Origin: Patescibacteria group bacterium
Lineage (GTDB): Bacteria; Patescibacteriota; Microgenomatia; UBA8517
Reading direction: 5' to 3'
Length of the DNA: 64,000 bases
Assembly: GCA_025999275.1 (NCBI GenBank)
Contig: AP024680.1
Coordinates: 318,393 to 382,392, forward strand
Shown: piece by piece, positions 8,866 through 18,114 of the stretch
How the letters are laid out: each line of letters starts with the position of its first letter
Position numbering within the stretch: the first letter of the stretch is position 1
Made by a program: the position numbers and the translations under genes
Notes under the pieces: generated by a model
The model's input: the letters and a program-made list of their open reading frames with translations, nothing else
What the model was told of the DNA's origin: nothing
The model's database searches: none

Positions 8866-10128
8866 ATGTTTTCTAGAGAAAGATTATCTAGAGTTTCTTT
8901 AGAAGATCATCCTAATTCTTCTCGTGAACGAGAAAAATCTGTAATTTATTCGCCCTTTATCCATCTTCACGCTTATCAACCTCCAAGAAAGCTTATTGTA
9001 GAAGGTAGGATAATTTTCGATATTTCTGGAGAAAATATTTACCAAGGTGGTTTTAACCAAAAAGTTTGGAATGAAAGTTATCAACCTGTGTTAAATGCAG
9101 GAATATTGGACACCCCTTTTACTGGTTTTAATTTTTTTGGTTCTATTAGGGATTGGATAAAAGATAAGGACCCAGGTTCTTGGTTAAAAATAAGAAAGAT
9201 TGCGACAGACAGGAAAAATGCTGTTTTGGCTGACCCTTATCTTCATCCTATACTTCCACTTTTACCAGATAGGGATAAAAGATTATTGGTAAGAATAGGT
9301 ATTGAAGCCTTTAAGCAAGATTATGGTTTTGTTCCTCTTGGTTTTTGGCTTCCAGAAATGGCAGTAGACAAAAGTACCTTAAATATTCTTGCAGAAGAAG
9401 GAGTGAGATTTGTTATTTTAAGAAGAGATCAGGTTTTAACCGATACTAATACGTCAGTCTGTAAAGTTAAAACGAGGTCTGGAGATATTTTGGTCTATCT
9501 TTCTGATCTTGATTTGAGTGGCACTCTTGCTTTTGGTGATATTTCAAATGCAGATGCTTTTGCAGACGAGCTTGTTAGCAATCTTAACAGGAGGGGATCT
9601 TTGTTTATGGCGGTTGATTTTGAGACATTTGGTCACCATAGGGGTTGGGGGTCAGTAGAGTTTTTGCGATATCTTGTATCTAACTCTTTGCCCTCAAGAG
9701 GTGTTAGGGGTAATTTTGATAATACGGCAGGATATGCTTCTGTTGTTGATTATTCAAGCTGGAGCTGTCCACACTCTTTGGGTCGTTGGACAGGGAGATG
9801 TAATTGTGATGGAGCAAATGCATCAACAATGGAATTAAAGCAAAAACTTTATGAATGTTTAATAACAAATCTTGAAGAGACTAATAGGCGTTTAGATTCA
9901 AAGACCGAAAGTGATATTTGGCAAAGAGATTTTGTTTCTTGGTTTTTGTCTCAAAGACAAAGAATTTCAAATGGTAAATCAGTTGTTCTTGAAGGAAAGT
10001 ATAAAGAAGATTTTAAAAAGAAGCTTATTGCTCTTGTTGGTTTGACTAGTTGCGGATGGTTTTTTGGAAATAGTGATTCGATAGAAAGGAAAATCCCTAT
10101 TGAAACGCTTTCTTTTCTTAATCGTTAG
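8866..10128 (+). CDS. Glycoside hydrolase family 57 (DUF3536-type) protein
   Basis: HLHAYQPPR, HPILPLL, GFWLPE, DFETFGHH, SWSCPHSLGRW, TSCGWFF. Confidence 0.85.
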   Translation: MFSRERLSRVSLEDHPNSSREREKSVIYSPFIHLHAYQPPRKLIVEGRIIFDISGENIYQGGFNQKVWNESYQPVLNAGILDTPFTGFNFFGSIRDWIKDKDPGSWLKIRKIATDRKNAVLADPYLHPILPLLPDRDKRLLVRIGIEAFKQDYGFVPLGFWLPEMAVDKSTLNILAEEGVRFVILRRDQVLTDTNTSVCKVKTRSGDILVYLSDLDLSGTLAFGDISNADAFADELVSNLNRRGSLFMAVDFETFGHHRGWGSVEFLRYLVSNSLPSRGVRGNFDNTAGYASVVDYSSWSCPHSLGRWTGRCNCDGANASTMELKQKLYECLITNLEETNRRLDSKTESDIWQRDFVSWFLSQRQRISNGKSVVLEGKYKEDFKKKLIALVGLTSCGWFFGNSDSIERKIPIETLSFLNR

Positions 10129-10233
10129 AATTTCTTTTACTCTTTCGATTTGTTTTCTTTCGTTATTCTAAATTAGCATGGAGTTTGAAAATAGTTAAAT
10201 GTTGGGTTTTAAGAATAGGGTTTGAGAGTTTTA

Positions 10234-10860
10234 TTATTTTTTCTTTAGTGCACAGACATGATAGCAGCTGGTATATTCTTCGATTTTCCCATCCTTTTCT
10301 CTATAATTTTTTTCTACAATTACATTACAAAAGCCTTCTTTTTCCAGTTCTAATAATATTTCCAATAGTTTTTGGGGAAAATCAGAGTAAAAAGAGATGT
10401 CTTTGCTTGAGATTGGTTTTATTTCTCCATTCTTCTTGTAATAATAGCCGTTGGGATCAAAATCTATTGCAGCACCTGCTTGATGTGTGCTTATATCAGC
10501 TGCTATTTTTCCTTCTTCAATTAGCCTTTTTTGTTCTTCTTTTGTTCTATAAAGAGAGGTTACTGAAAGAAGAATTTTATCTCCATACTGTTCCTGCCAC
10601 CTTTTATCTATTAATTCTAATGTGTCAATAGCCTCTTTTCTTAAAAGAGGATATCTTTCTTTATTTCTTAGTCTGTAGATTAATCGATAGCCAGTTCCGA
10701 TTTCTGGCACTTCTGACAATTCTTCAGGTTTGGTGTTCTCTATTTCTTCTCTCCAGAAAGGGAGTTCTTTTTCTTCTACAATTCGGTTTACCCTTAGCCT
10801 TTCTGTTTTTCTTAATTCTTCTAAAATTGTTCTTTTTTCTACTTCTTGATTATTTTCCAT
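10234..10860 (-). CDS. M15-like (DUF5715-like) zinc metallopeptidase
   Basis: SVTSLYRT..EQ, STHQAGAAIDFD (SxHxxGxAxD) and C-terminal CYHV. Confidence 0.65.
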   Translation of the reverse strand: MENNQEVEKRTILEELRKTERLRVNRIVEEKELPFWREEIENTKPEELSEVPEIGTGYRLIYRLRNKERYPLLRKEAIDTLELIDKRWQEQYGDKILLSVTSLYRTKEEQKRLIEEGKIAADISTHQAGAAIDFDPNGYYYKKNGEIKPISSKDISFYSDFPQKLLEILLELEKEGFCNVIVEKNYREKDGKIEEYTSCYHVCALKKK

Positions 10861-11548
10861 TTATCTTTAGTTTTATAATTCTTCCTTTGAAAATATTTTC
10901 AAACTCTTCCAACTTTATAAATTGCGATTTACCTTCCTTTTTGTAATTATAAGGGTTATGATACCAAAAGCCTTTTATTTCTTCATTTTTGTCTATTTCA
11001 AATCCATAAATAAGTATCAGATGCCCGCCCGTTAGGCTTTTAACCGATGACAAGATGTAGTTGTTGTTTAGGATTTCATTTGCTATTTCTTCTGTGGCAA
11101 TGACAGATTTTCTTTCCGATAAAATTCCATGTCTTTGTGCAATTTTGACTATTGCATCGTGGTACCAACCAACATCTCTTTCGAATTTATAGCCTTTTAT
11201 TTTTAAACCCTTTTTTACCAAGTCGTATATTTTTGTATTATCCTTTTTCCCTTCCTTTTTAGATTTTGTCTTTATAACAGAAAGTAAGCAGGCCAGGGCG
11301 CAAGATCTCCATACCCAGAAGCTAAAGTCTTTCTTGCTTTTGGCACCAAATTTTTTTTGAGCATTTCTGTCATTTATTTGGCCGTAGAATTTTTCTATAT
11401 TTTCCTCTTTTGCATTTGCCAACTGGCTTATGTAGACCGGCTTGGGATTAACAAAATATTTTCCGGGTTTTAATTTTTTGACCTTTTTCTTTATAGCTAT
11501 TTTTTTGAACAGGTTAATTTTTGCTATTATGTTTTTTATCTTTTCCAT
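10850..11548 (-). CDS. Peptidase C39-like cysteine peptidase
   Basis: YISQ, RSCALACL (catalytic Cys), GGHLILIYG (His), YHNP. Confidence 0.75.
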   Translation of the reverse strand: MEKIKNIIAKINLFKKIAIKKKVKKLKPGKYFVNPKPVYISQLANAKEENIEKFYGQINDRNAQKKFGAKSKKDFSFWVWRSCALACLLSVIKTKSKKEGKKDNTKIYDLVKKGLKIKGYKFERDVGWYHDAIVKIAQRHGILSERKSVIATEEIANEILNNNYILSSVKSLTGGHLILIYGFEIDKNEEIKGFWYHNPYNYKKEGKSQFIKLEEFENIFKGRIIKLKINGK

Positions 11549-11638
11549 CCTTGGTAGATTTTACTATATTTTTGTTTTGTAGACCGAATTTAAAATGACC
11601 CGAGGTTGGAATCAAACCAACTTCCGGAGTTTGGTGGT

Positions 11639-11663
11639 GGGTTGTGTTAAAATTGGCAATATG
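11639..11663 (+). repeat. 25-bp direct repeat, copy 1 (duplicate of tgt promoter/start)
   Basis: GGGTTGTGTTAAAATTGGCAATATG identical to 12658-12682. Confidence 0.9.
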
Positions 11664-11730
11664 ACTCTATTGCAAGAGAAACATATCTTTTTTGGGAAAA
11701 AATGAATTGTAGCATTCTTCTAAAAACAAA

Positions 11731-12564
11731 ATGGAGTTGTCGATAATTACTTTCAATACAAAGGGTACGCCAAGCTTTAAAAATAGTACTCTTTATAGGT
11801 TTAAGAAAATAGCAATCGTACTAGAAGATTTAGGTGCGGATATAATTAATTTACAAGAGGTCTTTACCTATAGACAACTGCAAATTCTTAGGAATGAGTT
11901 ACGCAGCTACCCTTATTGTGTTTATGAGAAATCTATAATAGGTCCCAAAGGAGGAGTAGTTACATTCTCAAAAATAAAAGTTGTGAATAAAAGATATCTG
12001 CCTTATTCATATCCATGGAGTATGTTGATTAATTTTGTTAGTAAGGGTTGGTTAAAGGCAATTTCTAGAAATATCCTAACAGGAAAGGGAATCTTAATAT
12101 CAAAAATTCAATCAGAAATCTTGCTGGCTAATACTCACTTAATTGCAAACCCTACACACAATTGGTTGCCATCAAATAGTTTCACTAAGGTCTACAAGAA
12201 CTGCATAAATGAAATAGGGAAAATGATTAATAATTTAGAAGAAGATAAAACCTTTATATTGACTGGTGATTTTAACATACCCAAAGAGTCGTATTTATAC
12301 CCGGTAATTATCAGAAAATTAAAAGTCAGAGATGTATTTGGAAATTCTAACTCGCCAACTTTTATTAAAGACTTCTTACATTCAGGAGAAAAGGGTAAAC
12401 GTTTTGATTATATATTGGTAAGAAGTGGGAATAACAAAAGTTGTTTTGTTCGGAAAAGAGAGCACCTTTTTACTCAACCGTTAATAAAGAAAAGTATCAA
12501 CAAAGGGTTTCTATCTGATCATATTGCTTTAAGAGCAATTATAAGAATCAAATATAGTATATGA
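11731..12564 (+). CDS. Endonuclease/exonuclease/phosphatase (EEP) family protein
   Basis: ITFN, DIINLQEV, NTHL, TGDFN, FDYI, SDH. Confidence 0.9.
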   Translation: MELSIITFNTKGTPSFKNSTLYRFKKIAIVLEDLGADIINLQEVFTYRQLQILRNELRSYPYCVYEKSIIGPKGGVVTFSKIKVVNKRYLPYSYPWSMLINFVSKGWLKAISRNILTGKGILISKIQSEILLANTHLIANPTHNWLPSNSFTKVYKNCINEIGKMINNLEEDKTFILTGDFNIPKESYLYPVIIRKLKVRDVFGNSNSPTFIKDFLHSGEKGKRFDYILVRSGNNKSCFVRKREHLFTQPLIKKSINKGFLSDHIALRAIIRIKYSI

Positions 12565-12657
12565 CAAATAAAGAAAGATTTTTTACAAAACTACCCCGAG
12601 AACAAGAACTAATAAGAACAGTGGAAGCCAACTAACTCCCGGAGTTGGATAATAGTG

Positions 12658-12682
12658 GGGTTGTGTTAAAATTGGCAATATG
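12658..12682 (+). repeat. 25-bp direct repeat, copy 2 (tgt extended -10 and ATG)
   Basis: Identical to 11639-11663; ends in the tgt ATG; preceded by palindrome AACTCCCGGAGTT (12634-12646). Confidence 0.9.
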
Positions 12683-13852
12683 GCTGAGTTTGAGTTTAAA
12701 TTGGTTGCTTCTGATAAAAAGACCAGGGCGCGATCTGGGGTAATAAAAACTCCTCATGGTAAGATTGAAACGCCCGCTTTTTCACCAGTGGCAACTAGGG
12801 CTTCAGTTAGATCTCTCAGTAATGACGATCTTAAAAATGCAAACTCACAAGTTGTCTTGGGGAACACTTATCATCTTTATTTAAAACCTGGGACATCAAT
12901 GATTTCTAAGTTTGGCGGCTTTGGCCCTTTTATGGGCTGGGACGGTCCGACAATTACGGATAGTGGTGGTTATCAGGTTTCTTTTTTGTGGTCTAAAGGC
13001 AATGATGAGGATAAACCAAGAGTGATTAAAATAGACGATAAAGGTGCGCTTTTTAGATCCCATCTTGACGGATCACTCCATCTTTTAACTCCAGAAAAAT
13101 CAATGGAAATCCAAAAAATTTTAGGGGCTGATATTATTATGGCCTTTGACCAACCTCAAGGATTGAATATGAGTCCAAGAAGATCAAAAGAGGCTTTTGA
13201 AAGGACTTTTTTGTGGGAAGAAAGATCGCTTAAAACTTGGCAGAAATTAAATAAGAAGGGAAATTTCCAAGCACTTTATGGAATTGTTCAGGGAGATTTG
13301 GATAAAGAATTGCGAAAAAAATCGCTTGATTTTGTCTTAAAGAATGGATTTTTAGGGATTGCTATAGGAGGGGAAGCTATAGGTTCAGATCCTAAAACTA
13401 CTTCGCTTGCCCTTGACACAATTGCTGATTATTTGCCTGATGATTTACCCGTCCATGCTTTGGGGCTTGGAGGTGGTCCTGAGGGTATTTTTGAGGCTGT
13501 AAGGCGTGGAGTTGATACTTTTGATAACACTGGGATAACCAGGATGGCCAGAACTGGTCTTCTTTTCATTTACCCGGAAGATGGGGGAAACAGAAAAAAC
13601 AAGTTTCGGATTGATATTAAGAAAAAAGAATTTGCAGATAAGAAGGGACCAGTAAGTAAGGTCTGTACTTGTTATACCTGTCAGAATTTTTCAAAAGCCT
13701 ATATTCACCATCTTTTAACTAGCGGGGAGGTCTTAGGTCTTCGTTTGGCTACAATTCACAATGTATTTTTTATTAATGATCTGATGGCAAGAATAAGAAA
13801 ATCAATTATGATGGGTGATTTTGAAGATTTAACTCAGTTTTGGTTAAGGTAA
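12680..13852 (+). CDS. tgt: tRNA-guanine transglycosylase
   Basis: TPHG..ETP, NTYHL, TDSGGYQV, DIIMAFD, GIVQG, GVDTFD, Zn site CTCYTC...HN. Confidence 0.93.
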   Translation: MAEFEFKLVASDKKTRARSGVIKTPHGKIETPAFSPVATRASVRSLSNDDLKNANSQVVLGNTYHLYLKPGTSMISKFGGFGPFMGWDGPTITDSGGYQVSFLWSKGNDEDKPRVIKIDDKGALFRSHLDGSLHLLTPEKSMEIQKILGADIIMAFDQPQGLNMSPRRSKEAFERTFLWEERSLKTWQKLNKKGNFQALYGIVQGDLDKELRKKSLDFVLKNGFLGIAIGGEAIGSDPKTTSLALDTIADYLPDDLPVHALGLGGGPEGIFEAVRRGVDTFDNTGITRMARTGLLFIYPEDGGNRKNKFRIDIKKKEFADKKGPVSKVCTCYTCQNFSKAYIHHLLTSGEVLGLRLATIHNVFFINDLMARIRKSIMMGDFEDLTQFWLR

Positions 13853-13862
13853 ATAGCCAAGA

Positions 13863-14393
13863 TTAACTATTTTGTAGGTTTTTTTGAGTAAATCTGAGAG
13901 AGTAACTTCCATTTTGGAAAGAGAACAGCATCTTTTTTAGTTCTTTTTCGATGGTTGAATCTGGCGGTACTAGCAGGTTCAATATCTTTTCTAGAGTATC
14001 GATGTCATCCTCGTTTATTACTAAGGAAACATTTGTGTTGTTAGGTCTTATCCCTCTTGGGTAGGAGAACATAAATACGGCCATTCTCAAGATACTACTT
14101 TTATCTTCATTATTAAAATTTCTATTGTCAATTGCTGGTTCTGGGATTTTAAGACCGCCCTTGGATAATCTGGCTGCAGCAGCAAGAACGTTTCCAGTTA
14201 TTAACTTTTTATAGGTTTCCTCGTTTATCTTGTCTGGAAAAGCACTTTTTATCTCGTCTGGCAACCTTTTTATTCCGTTCCAATTTTCAAGAGAGCCATT
14301 ATCAATTATGGTTAGTATACTTTCATTAATTCCATATTGTTTGGCAATTTCTCTAGGGTTTGTTTGGTTACTTAATTGTTCTTTTCCTTCCAT
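13863..14393 (-). CDS. Hypothetical protein
   Basis: 176-aa ORF with TATAAT 8 nt upstream of ATG; no recognisable motif. Confidence 0.6.
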   Translation of the reverse strand: MEGKEQLSNQTNPREIAKQYGINESILTIIDNGSLENWNGIKRLPDEIKSAFPDKINEETYKKLITGNVLAAAARLSKGGLKIPEPAIDNRNFNNEDKSSILRMAVFMFSYPRGIRPNNTNVSLVINEDDIDTLEKILNLLVPPDSTIEKELKKMLFSFQNGSYSLRFTQKNLQNS

Positions 14394-14486
14394 TTTTTTT
14401 GATTATAATATTCCCTTTTTTGTTGGTCAAATTAGTTGTTGATTTTAACATGGTCTGCGGTGTTGGTTTTGTGATATTATAAATTA

Positions 14487-14951
14487 ATGCCTAGTTTTAA
14501 GAAGCTGGTTATTTCCTTTCTTCCACCCTTCTTGGCTGGTTTTTTAGGTTCTGTCTTTACTTTTCCTGCTATTCCCGGCTGGTATGAGGGTCTTAATAAA
14601 CCTTCTTTTTCTCCCCCAAACTTTATTTTTGGTCCTGTTTGGACTTTGCTTTATTTTTTGATGGGTGTTTCTTTCTATTTAGTTTTATCTTCTAAAAATA
14701 AAGACAAGAAAGAGTCATATTTTGTTTTTGCTTTACAGGTTGTTTTTAATACTTTGTGGTCTTTTGCCTTTTTTGGCTTGAGAAGTCCACTTCTTGGGGC
14801 TTTGGTAATTATTATTTTGTGGTTTTTGATAGTTTTGATGATTATTAAATTTTATCGTTTAAATAAGCTTGCTGGTTTGTTGAACTTGCCTTATCTTGCT
14901 TGGGTTTCTTTTGCCACCATCTTAAATCTTTCCGTTTACGCTTTAAATTGA
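14487..14951 (+). CDS. tspO: TspO/MBR tryptophan-rich sensory protein
   Basis: WYEGLNKPSFSPPNFIFGPVWTLLY, PYLAWVSFATILN. Confidence 0.93.
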   Translation: MPSFKKLVISFLPPFLAGFLGSVFTFPAIPGWYEGLNKPSFSPPNFIFGPVWTLLYFLMGVSFYLVLSSKNKDKKESYFVFALQVVFNTLWSFAFFGLRSPLLGALVIIILWFLIVLMIIKFYRLNKLAGLLNLPYLAWVSFATILNLSVYALN

Positions 14952-14970
14952 TATTGCAGTTTTTGTTATT

Positions 14971-15537
14971 TTGTGCAAATATTTTTGCGTGGAGGAAAAG
15001 CAGGAGGAATTAAAAGTTAATGTAGGTCTTTTGGTTTTTTTATTTTTGATTTTTGGGGCTTTTGTGGCTGTTATGATCGGCTTTGGTAGTAAGGGTGAAA
15101 GTCAAATACAGCCTTCGCCAACGCCAGAAAATGAATTGAAACTAAATCTTGGGGGACAGCAGGAATCGGTGTCTCAAGTCCCTCAAAATCAAATTGCAAA
15201 TCAGAATCAACTAATGGTGGGATTCAGAGTGGAAGATATGAAAATAGGTGATGGGGAAGAAGCTCAATCTGGAAAGAAGCTGACTGTTAACTATGTAGGT
15301 ACCCTTATTGACGGGACAAAGTTTGACAGCTCTTATGATCGAGGCCAGCCTTTTTCTTTTACCCTGGGTGCTGGGCAGGTTATTGAAGGTTGGGAAAAAG
15401 GCCTTTTGGGTATGAAAGTTGGTGGTAAAAGAAGGCTATTTATTCCCCCTGAAATGGGTTATGGGGAAAGACAGGTGGGAAACATTCCTCCAAATTCCGC
15501 TTTAATCTTTGAGGTTGAGCTTCTTTCGGTTGAGTAG
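14971..15537 (+). CDS. Membrane-anchored FKBP-type peptidyl-prolyl isomerase
   Basis: VNYVGTL.DGTKFDSSYDRGQPF, VIEGWE, GMKVGGKRRL.IPP..GYG; N-terminal TM. Exact start uncertain. Confidence 0.93.
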   Translation: MCKYFCVEEKQEELKVNVGLLVFLFLIFGAFVAVMIGFGSKGESQIQPSPTPENELKLNLGGQQESVSQVPQNQIANQNQLMVGFRVEDMKIGDGEEAQSGKKLTVNYVGTLIDGTKFDSSYDRGQPFSFTLGAGQVIEGWEKGLLGMKVGGKRRLFIPPEMGYGERQVGNIPPNSALIFEVELLSVE

Positions 15538-15557
15538 GACAGGGTCGGACCCTGTCC
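15537..15557. repeat. 21-bp REP-like palindrome, type A
   Basis: GGACAGGGTC-G-GACCCTGTCC; identical copies at 18048 and 34672. Confidence 0.9.
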
Positions 15558-15586
15558 TGATCATTTGTTGTGATATTATTTAATTA

Positions 15587-18046
15587 ATGGATTATCTAAA
15601 GTGGTATTATAGCCAGGGAATAAAGATTTTGGTTAAAAAGTGGTTAAATCTGGTTAAATCTGTTTATCGTTATTTTTCTCCTTTACATCTTTTGTCTAGT
15701 CTTTTTTCTCCTTGGAAAAGAATGGTTTTAGTTTATGAGACAACAGGATTTAATTTGCAGAAGTATATCGAGGTCTTAACTTTTAATTTTATCTCTCGTT
15801 TTATTGGTGCTATTGTTAGGTTTTTTCTGTTGATTACAGGAATTTTGGTTATCCTTTTGTTTTTGGTTTTGTTTATTGTTCTTATACCTTTGTGGATAAT
15901 TTTTCCGTTTTGGGGGGTGTTTGATTATCAAAAATTCCAAATGAGACCGGACATCTTTTTGTCGAATATATTTAAAAGGAATGATGGTGATATTTTAAGT
16001 AAGATTTTTAGGAGTCACGCCGGTGATTTTCTTTTGGTCCACACAGGAATTCCTTTTGAGGAGATTGTCTCGCAGGTAAAATTTAATTCAGATTTAGTTT
16101 CTTCTTTGCCTTCAGATTCTTTCGAAAGCCTTATTAGTTATTTGCTTTCTTCGAATGTTTGGAATGATGATCTTTTTATCAAATATAAATTGTCGAAAGA
16201 GGATTTTGTTAAAACTGCCAAGTGGTGGGATGATGTGCAAAAGATTAAGTTGGGTTTTTTTGATAGGCCTTACTATCCTTCAGGTTTGGCGCTTGAGCTT
16301 TTGACCGGATATACTCCTGAACTTGATAAATACTCGGTTGATTTAACTGCTCCACAGGATTTTAGTCATAGGTTAATAGGGAGAGGAGAGGTTGTTGACA
16401 GAATGGAGCGTTCTCTTTCCGTTGGGAAAAGTATTTTTTTAGTGGGTCCGGCTGGAGTTGGCAAAAAGACTATTGTTCTTGAATTTGCCCGTCGTTCATA
16501 TTTGGGCGAATTGGGAGAAAAGATGGCTTATAAGCGGATATTGGAATTTGATTATAATTCTTTGCTTGCTGAAAGTATTGACCTTAATGCTAAAAAGACG
16601 AAATTAAGCCAAATTCTTAAAGAGGCATCTTATGCTGGAAATATAATCTTAATGATCAGAGATATCCACAGAATTACAAATTCTGAAGTCGAAGGCTATG
16701 ATTTTACTGATGTTTTTGAACAAAATTTAGATAAAGGTAAGACGCTTGTAATTGCTGTTTTGGGCAATAAAGAATACGAAAGATTTGTAGCTCCAAATTT
16801 GAGATTGAGAAAACTTTTTGACTTAGTTGAGGTAGAACCTCCTTCGTTTGAGGAGGCATTTGAAATAATGATAAAGCTTGCAACAAAATATGAGAGGGAA
16901 AAGAATATAATTATTCCAATTTTTGTTTTAAGGAAGATTTTTGATGAGTCAGATAAGTATATTACAGAAACTCCGTTTCCTGAGAAAGCACTTGAGCTTC
17001 TTGATGCTGTGGTTTCATTTTCGCTACAAAATAAATCCAGCCCTGTTTCACTTGATGATGTTGATTCTGTTTTAACCGAGAAGATAGGAGTTCCTTTTGC
17101 AGATATTACTAAAACCCAGAAAGTAAAGCTTGAGAATCTGGAGTCAATTATTCATGAGAGACTGGTGGATCAAGAACTGGCTGTTAGTTTAATTGCCAAG
17201 ACATTAAGGTCAAAAACTGTCGGAGTGGTTAATGAGAAAAGGCCTATCGGTTCTTTTCTTTTTCTTGGTCCAACAGGTGTGGGTAAAACCGAAGTAGCCA
17301 AAATTTTGTCAAGGGTTTATTTTGGTAGTGAGGAAGAAATTATTAGATTTGATATGGCTGAATTTGCTGGTAAAGAGGGTTTGGAAAGACTGATAGGTTC
17401 TGTTTCTGGCAATCTCCCAGGAGAACTGGCAGTATCTATAAGGAAAAATCCAGCTGCCCTACTTCTTCTTGATGAGATAGAGAAGTCAAGTCGTGAGATT
17501 ATGAATATTTTCCTATCTCTTTTAGATGAAGGAGTTTTTACCGATGCTTTTGGAAATAAAGTTATTTGTCGAAATCTTTTTGTAATTGGAACTTCGAATG
17601 CTGGTGCAGAGTATATCAGGCAGCTGGTTGCTTCAAATACCCCAAAGGAAGAAATGCAAAGCAAAGTTGTTGATTATGTTTTGAGAGAGGGGTTTTTTAC
17701 TCCTGAGTTCTTGAATCGTTTTGATGGAGTGGTGGTTTTTAATCCTTTAAGTAAAGATGATCTTCTCAAGGTGGCTAAACTTATGCTTTTAGACTTAGCT
17801 GCCAATCTTAAGAAAAAGGGGATAACCCTTGAAATTACTGATGCTGCTATTGAGAAGTTGGCCAATGATGGGTATGAACCAGCATTTGGTGCTCGTCCCA
17901 TGAGAAGGATAATAAATGTGGTTTTGGGAGATCTTTTTGGTAAGGCAATTTTGTCTGGTGAGATTGCAAGTGGGGATAAAGTTCGCCTGTCGGTTGTTGA
18001 AGAGGTTGGTAGATCCTCTTTTGCGATTGAAAAAGTTGTGTTTTAA
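15587..18046 (+). CDS. ClpA/ClpB-family AAA+ ATPase with N-terminal membrane segment
   Basis: NBD1 GPAGVGKKT (degenerate), PEKALELLD; NBD2 GSFLFLGPTGVGKTE, LLLDEIEK, PEFLNRFD, FGARPMRR. Confidence 0.88.
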   Translation: MDYLKWYYSQGIKILVKKWLNLVKSVYRYFSPLHLLSSLFSPWKRMVLVYETTGFNLQKYIEVLTFNFISRFIGAIVRFFLLITGILVILLFLVLFIVLIPLWIIFPFWGVFDYQKFQMRPDIFLSNIFKRNDGDILSKIFRSHAGDFLLVHTGIPFEEIVSQVKFNSDLVSSLPSDSFESLISYLLSSNVWNDDLFIKYKLSKEDFVKTAKWWDDVQKIKLGFFDRPYYPSGLALELLTGYTPELDKYSVDLTAPQDFSHRLIGRGEVVDRMERSLSVGKSIFLVGPAGVGKKTIVLEFARRSYLGELGEKMAYKRILEFDYNSLLAESIDLNAKKTKLSQILKEASYAGNIILMIRDIHRITNSEVEGYDFTDVFEQNLDKGKTLVIAVLGNKEYERFVAPNLRLRKLFDLVEVEPPSFEEAFEIMIKLATKYEREKNIIIPIFVLRKIFDESDKYITETPFPEKALELLDAVVSFSLQNKSSPVSLDDVDSVLTEKIGVPFADITKTQKVKLENLESIIHERLVDQELAVSLIAKTLRSKTVGVVNEKRPIGSFLFLGPTGVGKTEVAKILSRVYFGSEEEIIRFDMAEFAGKEGLERLIGSVSGNLPGELAVSIRKNPAALLLLDEIEKSSREIMNIFLSLLDEGVFTDAFGNKVICRNLFVIGTSNAGAEYIRQLVASNTPKEEMQSKVVDYVLREGFFTPEFLNRFDGVVVFNPLSKDDLLKVAKLMLLDLAANLKKKGITLEITDAAIEKLANDGYEPAFGARPMRRIINVVLGDLFGKAILSGEIASGDKVRLSVVEEVGRSSFAIEKVVF

Positions 18047-18047
18047 T

Positions 18048-18068
18048 GGACAGGGTCGGACCCTGTCC
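18048..18068. repeat. 21-bp REP-like palindrome, type A
   Basis: GGACAGGGTCGGACCCTGTCC starts after a 1-nt gap following the Clp ATPase stop. Confidence 0.9.
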
Positions 18069-18114
18069 CGTTTGCTTGACAAAAAGTTTCTTTCCTTATA
18101 TATTTCCTCTTACT

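Noticed and set aside
10185-10631. 148-aa + strand ORF
   Set aside because: Antisense shadow of the M15-like peptidase with no motifs. The other short antisense or nested ORFs in the track were rejected for the same reason.
11661-11705. 14-codon ORF MTLLQEKHIFFGKK as a leader peptide
   Set aside because: Its ATG comes from the duplicated tgt start, and there is no regulatory codon run or attenuator structure.
18046-18114. ORF-track N-terminal extension MDRVGPCPVC...
   Set aside because: It is a translation of the 21-bp palindrome and the promoter; ATG 18115 is the better start. The same applies to the TTG start at 20910 for ftsE.
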